From NCBI GenBank assembly GCA_964419355.1, contig CAYQOZ010000001.1:1-54546 (forward strand): a stretch of DNA of 54,546 bases, read 5' to 3'. Positions 40,389-48,037 of this stretch are shown here, in pieces; positions within the stretch are counted from its first letter, which is position 1, and each line of letters opens with the position of its first letter. The translations under genes and the position numbers were made by a program. The DNA comes from an uncultured Candidatus Cloacimonadota bacterium (lineage in GTDB: Bacteria > Cloacimonadota > Cloacimonadia > Cloacimonadales > TCS61). Below the pieces are notes generated by a model, which had not been told where the DNA came from, did no database searches, and saw nothing but the letters and a program-made list of their open reading frames with translations.

Positions 40389-40634
40389 TTAGGTCGAAAA
40401 TATCAAAAGCAACGCAATAACAAGCGAATAGATACCTGTAGATTCCGATACCGCCTGCCCAACAAGCATTGTCCTGGTTATTAAACTGGCATTTTCAGGT
40501 GAACGTGCAATTCCTTCACAAGCCTTTCCAGCCACAAAACCCTCACCAACTCCGGGTCCAAGTGCACCCATTCCCATACATAATCCAGCGCCTAAAAGTG
40601 CTGATGCTTTTACGATTCCATCTGCTAATTCCAT
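40389..40634 (-). CDS. atpE: ATP synthase Fo c subunit (single hairpin, Na+-type motif)
   Basis: [12 protein letters not shown]...ARSPEN...[23 protein letters not shown] is near-identical to the Ilyobacter/Fusobacterium Na+ c-subunit signature. E31 is GAG at 40542-40544 and E64 is GAA at 40443-40445. Confidence 0.92.
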   Translation of the reverse strand: MELADGIVKASALLGAGLCMGMGALGPGVGEGFVAGKACEGIARSPENASLITRTMLVGQAVSESTGIYSLVIALLLIFST

Positions 40635-40663
40635 TTTTCCTCCGTTTATTTCTTTATGTTTTT

Positions 40664-41419
40664 TTACACTGCAAAAATTAATAAGAATGCTACTACTAAA
40701 GAATAGATAGCTGTTGATTCTGAAACTGCGGCTCCGAGAAACATTGTTCTCATTAGTTTGCCTTTTTCGTTTGGAAATCTGCCTATCATATCATTCGCTT
40801 TTCCAGCTACAAAGCCAATGCCTGTTCCGGGTCCAATTGTTCCAAAACCAATGGAAAAGCCTGCTCCGATAAAAGCGAGAGATTTAATTAAAATTCTGCC
40901 GAGAGAAATATCTACAGGTTGATCTGGTGTAGAATATAATAAAAGAAGTGATACTACAAGTGCAAAAATCGCTGAAGTTTGTGCCAGCGCTTGTCCGATT
41001 AACATATTGCCCATAATAGCATTTCCGTGCTTTGGCATTCTTGCAACCGATTTACAAGCTTCTCCACCAGAATATCCGGCACCCAAGGAAGGACCGAGAG
41101 ACCCAATTCCCATTGCAATTCCTGCAGATAAAAGTGCTGCTGCTTTGAACCAACCTCCTTCTGCTGTGTCGAATCCGCCGTAAATGAGTAGCATCGAAAT
41201 TACTAATGCAAAAATCCCGGCTGTCTGTGCAGCTGCTTGTCCGATGAGCATTGTTCTAAACATTTGGTCGTTCGATTCAGGTTGTTTCATAATCCCCAGA
41301 GATCCTTCGCCGGCAATTATTCCCGATCCAATTCCAGTCGTTATTGCTCCCATTCCAACACAAAGTCCTGCACCTAAATAGGATGCGACGCGAATATATT
41401 CTACTGATAAAATCATCAT
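40664..41419 (-). CDS. Triplicated Fo c-subunit (three fused hairpins, six predicted TM helices, one carboxylate)
   Basis: Start set at ATG 41419, one nt after the atpB stop, with GGAG upstream. Three c-like hairpins have loops KQP, RMP and RFP. The helix-2 ion-site residue is Q65, Q147 and E234. Confidence 0.85.
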   Translation of the reverse strand: MMILSVEYIRVASYLGAGLCVGMGAITTGIGSGIIAGEGSLGIMKQPESNDQMFRTMLIGQAAAQTAGIFALVISMLLIYGGFDTAEGGWFKAAALLSAGIAMGIGSLGPSLGAGYSGGEACKSVARMPKHGNAIMGNMLIGQALAQTSAIFALVVSLLLLYSTPDQPVDISLGRILIKSLAFIGAGFSIGFGTIGPGTGIGFVAGKANDMIGRFPNEKGKLMRTMFLGAAVSESTAIYSLVVAFLLIFAV

Positions 41420-41420
41420 T

Positions 41421-42347
41421 TTACTCCGAAATTTCCACGCCAATATAAGTCAATGCAAGCATTGTAAATACAAAGGCTTGAATAGTTCCTACAAACATTC
41501 CAAAAAATAGGTTTAATCCAACCGGGAAAATTATAAATTTGACGAGTGATGAAACCACTAAAATTATAATTGCTCCACCTAAAATATTACCGAAAAGTCG
41601 GAAAGAAATGGATACGACCTTGGAAAGTTCACCAATTATATCAAGCAGGAAAAGTGGATTTTTTACTGGATTTACATATTGCTGTAAATGCCCCCAAAGT
41701 CCTTTCACGCGAATTGCAGTGGAATGAACGACCACAACAGCGACGATACCTAATCCAAGTGGAACATTTAAATTTCTGGTTGGTTCCATAAAACCGGGAA
41801 TCGGAATCATTCCTATCATGTTACATGCCCAAATAAAAATGAAAAGCGTAACAATGTATGGGGTAAAATGGACTTTTTCTTTTCCCAATGTTTCGCATAC
41901 AAAATCTTCCAAACCTGTATAGACTAATTCGAAAATAATTTGTGGTTGCGATGGTTTTTTGAATAGATTTTTTCTTATTAAGAAAGCTAAAAATAACAAT
42001 ATTAAATCCACAATTAACAACATTCTAATTAATTGGAAAGCTCCTAAAGCCGTGCTGTCTCCGGCTATCGTAAATATTTTAAAAAATTTGTATATTTTAT
42101 TGCTTCTATAAATTTTGATTTCATCTTTTTTCAGATTTTTCTGTTTTATATATTCATCTGGTTGAAATTCTTCGGTGATTTTTTCCTGCAAATCAAAGTG
42201 GCTTTTCACATTATGAAAGACAAATTTTCCATCATCGAAACCGATTTTTAATTGTTTACTAAAATTACCTGATATAACTACAAAAGCAATTTCAATAACC
42301 ATTACAATTAAAAAAATCTTTAATAATGGATTTTTCTTCTTTACCAC
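41421..42347 (-). CDS. atpB: ATP synthase Fo a subunit
   Basis: Conserved Arg motif SISFRLFGNILGG. Multi-TM. Operon position. Confidence 0.9.
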   Translation of the reverse strand: MVKKKNPLLKIFLIVMVIEIAFVVISGNFSKQLKIGFDDGKFVFHNVKSHFDLQEKITEEFQPDEYIKQKNLKKDEIKIYRSNKIYKFFKIFTIAGDSTALGAFQLIRMLLIVDLILLFLAFLIRKNLFKKPSQPQIIFELVYTGLEDFVCETLGKEKVHFTPYIVTLFIFIWACNMIGMIPIPGFMEPTRNLNVPLGLGIVAVVVVHSTAIRVKGLWGHLQQYVNPVKNPLFLLDIIGELSKVVSISFRLFGNILGGAIIILVVSSLVKFIIFPVGLNLFFGMFVGTIQAFVFTMLALTYIGVEISE

Positions 42348-42348
42348 T

Positions 42349-42729
42349 TTATCCCCTAAAATATTTACTTTTTTTTATATTTTTATAAGCTTCATATAAA
42401 TAAACTATAATCTGAATAGAGAGCAACCCCAACCCAAAAAAAATTATCTCTAATTCAATAAAAAACAACAGTAACAGAGAATAAACAGCCAAAGCTCCCG
42501 TTCTTAAAAAAGACCCTTTAACTGCTACTAATTTGGTTTTGGTTGCCCGAAACTGTAAACTTTTTCTAATATTTTTTGCCAGCCACAAAAAATTAATAAC
42601 ACTTGCAAACGAACCTAATATAAAACTTAGAGCTACTTTCCAAAACCACGGCAAACTCAAGATTACAGCTATGTTTGTCAAGATAATAATAGTAATAATT
42701 TTTTTAATATATTTAGGATTATCTATCAT
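42349..42729 (-). CDS. atpI: ATP synthase protein I
   Basis: 126-aa four-TM protein immediately upstream of atpB. Confidence 0.65.
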   Translation of the reverse strand: MIDNPKYIKKIITIIILTNIAVILSLPWFWKVALSFILGSFASVINFLWLAKNIRKSLQFRATKTKLVAVKGSFLRTGALAVYSLLLLFFIELEIIFFGLGLLSIQIIVYLYEAYKNIKKSKYFRG

Positions 42730-42753
42730 TATAAAATTCTCCGTTATCCGTGG

Positions 42754-42984
42754 CTATTTAGTCTTTTCATAAAATTTTTTTAGTAATCTGTAGCTTGAAA
42801 ATAATCCTAAAATAACACCCAATAAAATGCCAACCAATAATAAAATTCCATTTGTTTGGAATTTTTTATCCAAAAATAAAAATATAAAAAAGATGATTAG
42901 TATAGAACCAATCATCGTTGAGCCAAGCTGTGAAATCAAGCTGATATTTAATAACAATTCTTTATTTAATTTTTGTTTCAACAT
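42754..42984 (-). CDS. AtpZ/AtpR-like small membrane protein
   Basis: 76 aa, two TM helices, first gene of the atp cluster. Confidence 0.55.
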   Translation of the reverse strand: MLKQKLNKELLLNISLISQLGSTMIGSILIIFFIFLFLDKKFQTNGILLLVGILLGVILGLFSSYRLLKKFYEKTK

Positions 42985-43354
42985 TTGTTTTTTCCGCTTG
43001 TAAAATATTTTTTTGTTTTTCTTTCATTGTGCTGGAACCATTAAAGATTGCACCTGAATGGATTTTGAAAATTTTTGCAGTGATGTCTCCAGAAACATTG
43101 GATGTTTCATCAAGCTCTATTGCTTCTTCCACGCTTAAATTGCCAACAACTTTACCAGAAACTAAACATTCTTCTGCTTTAATATTTGCTTTAATTATTG
43201 CCGATTTGCCAATAGTTACAAAACCGTTGGATTCTATTGTGCTACCTTCTATTTCTCCATCAATGCGTATTCCGCCCATAATTTCCATTGAACCATTTAT
43301 AATAGTTCCTTTTCCGATAATTGTAGAGAGTTCAATTTTTCTGTTTCTTGCCAT
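42962..43354 (-). CDS. Bactofilin (polymer-forming cytoskeletal protein)
   Basis: Beta-helix repeat pattern IIGKGTIINGSMEIMGGIRIDGEIEGSTIESNGFVTIGKSAIIKANIKAEECLVSGKVVGNL. Confidence 0.85.
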   Translation of the reverse strand: MARNRKIELSTIIGKGTIINGSMEIMGGIRIDGEIEGSTIESNGFVTIGKSAIIKANIKAEECLVSGKVVGNLSVEEAIELDETSNVSGDITAKIFKIHSGAIFNGSSTMKEKQKNILQAEKTNVETKIK

Positions 43355-43364
43355 TTTTTCTCCG

Positions 43365-44027
43365 TTATTTAAATACTTTCTCCGGATTTATATTTTTGCC
43401 ATCAACTAAAATTTCAAAATGCAGATGTGGGGCGGAACTATTGCCAGAATTTCCCACGTTTGCAATAATCTCACCCTTATTCACAAATGCATTTTCTTCC
43501 ACAAAAATTTGTGCAAGATGTGCATAAACTGTGGCATATTTATTTAGGTGATCGATTATTAATATATTTCCAAAATATTCGTCAGTATATTTTGCAACTA
43601 CCTTTCCACTTCCAGCTGCAATTACAGCACCACCGTGCGGAGACGCAAAATCTAATCCAGTATGTAATTGAGTGAAATGTTGACTAATAGAATATTCTTC
43701 TTTGATAGGAATATTATCGGGAATAAATTCTGATAAATTACGTTTTTCCCAATTTGAATTTTTAATTTTTTCCAAACTAATATTATTTTTAATTGAATCT
43801 TTTACTTCCAAATTTTCTAAGTAATTTTTCAAAATATCCCTAATTTCTTTTGGGTTAGTGTCTATCTCGTTTTTCACTAAATTAGAAAGTTGTTCGTTTT
43901 TTTTCAGAGAAATATTAAGTTCATTTTGTTTCTGTAAAATAGTTTTTTTTAGATTAATAATTTGGTTTATTAAAATCAACAAAACAACGAATATAACAAC
44001 AATTAACAATATATTTTTTTTAATCAT
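43365..44027 (-). CDS. M23 (LytM-domain) peptidase with N-terminal TM and coiled coil
   Basis: HTGLDFASPHGGAVIAAGSGKVV and GNSGNSSAPHLHFEI. Confidence 0.85.
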   Translation of the reverse strand: MIKKNILLIVVIFVVLLILINQIINLKKTILQKQNELNISLKKNEQLSNLVKNEIDTNPKEIRDILKNYLENLEVKDSIKNNISLEKIKNSNWEKRNLSEFIPDNIPIKEEYSISQHFTQLHTGLDFASPHGGAVIAAGSGKVVAKYTDEYFGNILIIDHLNKYATVYAHLAQIFVEENAFVNKGEIIANVGNSGNSSAPHLHFEILVDGKNINPEKVFK

Positions 44028-44868
44028 TTTTTCCTTTTAATATATAAAAAAGTTTCAAAAATTTCTCTTCAGAATCATAATACAAACTTATTTTTCCATT
44101 AGATTTTTTACCAGTTATTGATGTTTTGATTTTCAAATAGTTCGACAATTGCTTTTCATAATCGCTAAAATCTATTTTTTCTACTTGTTTTTGTTTAGCA
44201 ATATAACCAATTTTTTTTATTTGTTTTGCAGCTTGTTCTGTTTTACGTACAGAAAGTTTTTTTTCGATAATAAATTCAGCAAATTTGTGATGCAATGATT
44301 TATCAATTTGAAGGATAGCCCTTGCATGTCCAGTAGTTAAAATTTTATCTAAAATTAATTGTTGAATTTCATCATCCAAATTTAAAAGCCTAATCAAGTT
44401 TGAAACTGTTGCTCTGTCTTTTCCAACTATTTTTGCTATTTGAATGTGAGTTAGTTCAAAATCTTTATTTAATTGCTGATATGCTTTTGCTTCTTCCATT
44501 GAATTCAAATCTTCTCGTTGCACATTTTCAATAATTGCAAGTTGCAGTTGCTGTTTAGGAGATACGCTACGAATAATTACAGGAATATTTTCAAAACCAG
44601 CAATTTTAGAGGCTTCTAACCTTCTTTCTCCAGCAATCAATTCATATTGAGTTTCATTTTTTTTGGTTACAATAATTGGCTGAATTATGCCACTTTCTCT
44701 TAATGAATTAGAAAGCTCCTGAAGTTTTTGTGGATCAATTTTTTTTCGAGGCTGATATTTATTTGGAATAATTTGATCTATTTTTACGGTTGTAATTCCG
44801 GTAGTTTTATCAGTAGATTCCACACCAGAATTAATTAATGCACTCAAACCTCTGCCTAATTTATTCAT
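44020..44868 (-). CDS. parB: Chromosome partitioning protein ParB/Spo0J
   Basis: GRGLSALI, IQPIIV, ELIAGERRLEASK, and the HTH IAKIVGKDRATVSNLIRLL. Confidence 0.92.
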   Translation of the reverse strand: MNKLGRGLSALINSGVESTDKTTGITTVKIDQIIPNKYQPRKKIDPQKLQELSNSLRESGIIQPIIVTKKNETQYELIAGERRLEASKIAGFENIPVIIRSVSPKQQLQLAIIENVQREDLNSMEEAKAYQQLNKDFELTHIQIAKIVGKDRATVSNLIRLLNLDDEIQQLILDKILTTGHARAILQIDKSLHHKFAEFIIEKKLSVRKTEQAAKQIKKIGYIAKQKQVEKIDFSDYEKQLSNYLKIKTSITGKKSNGKISLYYDSEEKFLKLFYILKGKND

Positions 44869-45620
44869 CTTATCATCACTTCCTTTGCTAAATTCAAATA
44901 ATTTTTTGCTCCACGAGATTTAATGTCATAATGAAATATAGATTTTCCAAAACTAGGAGCTTCACTTAATTTTACGCTTCTGTGAATAATTGTATTAAAA
45001 ACTTGTTCTTGAAAATATCTTCTTACCTCTTTAGCAACCTGTTGCGAAAGATTCAATCTTCTATCATATAAAGTTAACACAATTCCTAAAATATTTAACT
45101 CTTTATTTAGATTTTTTTTTATTAATCGAATTGTATTAATTAGCTGGCTTACTCCTTCTAATGCATAATATTCACATTGAATTGGAATAATTATATCACT
45201 ACAAGCTGAAAGTGCATTTACCGTAAGAAGTCCAAGAGACGGCGGACAATCAATTAGAATATATTCGTAATTATCCTGCACTTTTTTAATTATTTTTTTT
45301 AATTTATATTCACGAGAATATTCTTTTACTAACTCAATTTCAGCTCCACTTAATTCCATATTGGAAGGTAAAATATCCAACTTTTCTAAAACAGGAGATT
45401 GCTTAATTACATCTTTTATTGATTTTTTTTCAATCAACGCTTCATAAACATTAGGATTTTTTTTTTCTACACCAGTTCCACTAGATGCATTTCCTTGAGG
45501 ATCAAAATCTATGAGTAATGTTTTTTTTTCAAAAATAGCTAAAGCTGATGCCAAATTTATAGCAGTAGTAGTTTTTCCAACTCCACCTTTTTGATTAACT
45601 ATTGCAATTATTTTACTCAT
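44865..45620 (-). CDS. parA: Chromosome partitioning ATPase ParA/Soj
   Basis: Deviant Walker A IVNQKGGVGKTTTAINLA. 4-nt overlap with parB. Confidence 0.93.
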   Translation of the reverse strand: MSKIIAIVNQKGGVGKTTTAINLASALAIFEKKTLLIDFDPQGNASSGTGVEKKNPNVYEALIEKKSIKDVIKQSPVLEKLDILPSNMELSGAEIELVKEYSREYKLKKIIKKVQDNYEYILIDCPPSLGLLTVNALSACSDIIIPIQCEYYALEGVSQLINTIRLIKKNLNKELNILGIVLTLYDRRLNLSQQVAKEVRRYFQEQVFNTIIHRSVKLSEAPSFGKSIFHYDIKSRGAKNYLNLAKEVMIR

Positions 45621-45627
45621 AAAATTC

Positions 45628-46242
45628 CTATTTTTTTATCTGAATTATTTTTCTAATTCCTAATTCTGGATGACTTATATTGAATATTTTAACTTTTTCA
45701 AATTGCTCAATATCATCCATTTTTTTACTTTTATAAAGAATAATTTTTCCATTATTTTTTAACAATTTCAACATTCTTTTCTTAAATATTGGTAATATTT
45801 TTACAGAACGACAAACTATTAAATCGAAGGAATTAAACCATTTTTCATCCATTTCTTCGAGTCGTGAAACAATCGTGAAACACGCTTTTAAGTCAAGTTT
45901 TTTAATGATATTTTTTACAGCAATCATTTTTTTTTGTCGTGAATCCAATAGATAAATTTCTGAGGAAGGAAATAATATTTTTAGAGGAATTCCAGGTAAT
46001 CCTCCACCAGTTCCAAAATCAAGAATTTTTTTGTTTGAAAAATCAATGTGCAAAATTGGTAAAATGGAATCAAAATAATGCCGAATCCAATATTCTTCCT
46101 TTTTGGTTTTGCGGGAAATTAAGTTTACTTTACTGTTTTCTTCCCACAAAAATTGATGAAATTTATCAAATTTAATAATTATTTTTTCACTCTTTTTGGG
46201 AAAATTTTCTATAACAAATTTTTTAAATATTTTTTTATTCAT
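45628..46242 (-). CDS. rsmG: 16S rRNA (guanine527-N7)-methyltransferase RsmG (GidB)
   Basis: SAM motif ILDFGTGGGLPGIPLKILFP. Position next to parA. Confidence 0.88.
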   Translation of the reverse strand: MNKKIFKKFVIENFPKKSEKIIIKFDKFHQFLWEENSKVNLISRKTKKEEYWIRHYFDSILPILHIDFSNKKILDFGTGGGLPGIPLKILFPSSEIYLLDSRQKKMIAVKNIIKKLDLKACFTIVSRLEEMDEKWFNSFDLIVCRSVKILPIFKKRMLKLLKNNGKIILYKSKKMDDIEQFEKVKIFNISHPELGIRKIIQIKK

Positions 46243-46341
46243 ATATTACAAACATATTTTTGTAGTTTTAATGTCAAGAGCTTCAAATTTTTTAAATATT
46301 TTTCAGTCTCTTAAAAAAACATTTTTTTATAGGTTACAAAA

Positions 46342-46367
46342 ATAATAATAGTAATTACTATTATTAT
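46342..46367. repeat. 26-nt perfect A/T-rich palindrome
   Basis: ATAATAATAGTAA|TTACTATTATTAT, checked base by base. It lies in the intergenic region between the lipoprotein stop and the rsmG start. Confidence 0.8.
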
Positions 46368-46396
46368 ATCTACTATAACAATTTTAAATTCTTTCA

Positions 46397-46422
46397 ATGA
46401 TTAAATATTAGTATTTAATCAT
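46397..46422. repeat. 11-bp inverted repeat with 4-nt loop
   Basis: ATGATTAAATA-TTAG-TATTTAATCAT. Confidence 0.75.
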
Positions 46423-46518
46423 ATAACAATTTTGTAAAACAAGATTATATAATTGTATTTCATTAAAAACAGATAAGTTAGTTAATTATTTTATTATATA
46501 ATTTATTATTAAAAAAGT

Positions 46519-47763
46519 TTAATTATCCAAATATGGTGGAGTAAAAATTATTTCAATTTTAGTTTCGTCAATATCAAATTCTTCATGAATAAAATTATTA
46601 TTTTCAGATACTGATTTCAAAATAATTCCGTTATTTTCATATTCTCCAGATGTAAATGCTTGAATTATTTTTGTAATATCAATTTTAAATTCATCGCTAT
46701 TTAAACTATCTGTTGAACTTATTATATATAAATCTTCAATATCTTCAGAATTAATTATTGGTGTTTCTGAATTTGTAGTATCAGGTATGTCGAGTGTTAC
46801 TAAAAATGGTTCAATACTTATTGATCCACTTAAAGGATATAAATTTTCATTTTTACTCGTTAAAATTAATTTGGCCTTATTAATGGTTAATTGCTGTATA
46901 AATGTTGTGGTATCAGTAATTAATTCAGAATATTCATTTGTAAATAGCGAATTATCAGTATTGAATTTCAAAAAGGATTTTATTGGTTGGATATTTGAAA
47001 TTTTAATTTCATCTGAATAAATAGAATAAATATCATCTGAGGAATAAATAAAAGTATCATGATTAAATTTTTCCTGATATGAAATTAATGTATCAGTTTC
47101 TGTTTCTTGTATATCAAAACATAATTTTGGAGCAAAATCATCAGAAAATTCAGTAGAATATAATTCTATAAAATTATTATCATTTTCTGAAATAATTGCT
47201 AATCCATAATTTGTGGAAGTAGTATCTGTAATCCAATTTTGTAAAATATTTTCAGGAAATTCAATAATTAATGAATCGTTTGTAATTTCATAATTTCCAA
47301 TATCATCTATAATTTCATAATCATCTTCAGAAAAAGGTATTTCATTATTCCATTTAGTTGAATCAGTTGGAGAAAAATAAGTAGCAGTTGTTTCAAACCA
47401 ATCTTGCGAAACTATTTTTGCTATTTTAAAAGTAGTTTCATCAATAATATCAAAATTATGTTGTGCTTTAATTTTAAAAGATAAATAAACATTATCTAAA
47501 GAATATATTGAATCTGGAAGAGAAGTTAATTTTAGCAGCGTGATTGCTTCATTATTTTCATAATTTCCAATCAATAAATTAGAACAGTTGCTGTTTCTAA
47601 TACTATCTTCGTAACTTATAAATGTTTCAAAAGAATCAAAACCAACAGCAAAGCTAATTGGTTCTGGATTTTCATTTTCTCCTGCACCAACAACATTAGT
47701 TTTTTGTGTACATCCAACTACAATAATTAATATTATTGTAAAAATAAATATTTGTTTAATCAT
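46519..47763 (-). CDS. Hypothetical lipoprotein
   Basis: ATG 47763, preceded by AAGGAAG, gives MIKQIFIFTIILIIVVGC. ATG 47787 is an alternative start. The protein is Asn/Asp/Ile-rich, with no domain recognised. Confidence 0.6.
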   Translation of the reverse strand: MIKQIFIFTIILIIVVGCTQKTNVVGAGENENPEPISFAVGFDSFETFISYEDSIRNSNCSNLLIGNYENNEAITLLKLTSLPDSIYSLDNVYLSFKIKAQHNFDIIDETTFKIAKIVSQDWFETTATYFSPTDSTKWNNEIPFSEDDYEIIDDIGNYEITNDSLIIEFPENILQNWITDTTSTNYGLAIISENDNNFIELYSTEFSDDFAPKLCFDIQETETDTLISYQEKFNHDTFIYSSDDIYSIYSDEIKISNIQPIKSFLKFNTDNSLFTNEYSELITDTTTFIQQLTINKAKLILTSKNENLYPLSGSISIEPFLVTLDIPDTTNSETPIINSEDIEDLYIISSTDSLNSDEFKIDITKIIQAFTSGEYENNGIILKSVSENNNFIHEEFDIDETKIEIIFTPPYLDN

Positions 47764-48037
47764 TTTTGACTTCCTTTTATAATTCATATTTTAATATTAT
47801 TTTTTTTATTAAATAAAAATTAGAAGAAGTAGTAGAGTTTGTGGATTTGGGCATAACTACTTTTTATTAATTCTAACTTTTTTATTTTCAATACATTATA
47901 TATTTATTCACACTGTTTACAAACTGTAAATATATTGTCCATAATTATCTATTTATTCACAATATTTATAAACATATTTTTATTATTTTAAATATCCACA
48001 GTTATACACATAATATATTGTGGATAAGTGTATAATT
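47764..48037. other. oriC: oriC segment downstream of dnaA: AT-rich tract, DnaA-trio-like array, DnaA-box cluster
   Basis: Near-pure A/T at 47786-47820. TAGAAGAAGTAGTAG at 47821-47835. Boxes: TGTGGATTT at 47840, TTATTCACA at 47904 and 47953, ATATCCACA at 47992, TTATACACA at 48002, and perfect TGTGGATAA at 48019-48027. Confidence 0.65.
48019..48027 (-). promoter_or_regulatory. Perfect DnaA box (TGTGGATAA)
   Basis: Exact reverse complement of TTATCCACA. Confidence 0.8.

Noticed and set aside
47935-47943. Additional weak DnaA-box candidates: TGTCCATAA at 47935, AGTGTATAA at 48027 and 49544.
   Set aside because: Each has two or more mismatches to TTATCCACA, including core positions. Such matches are expected by chance in AT-rich DNA.
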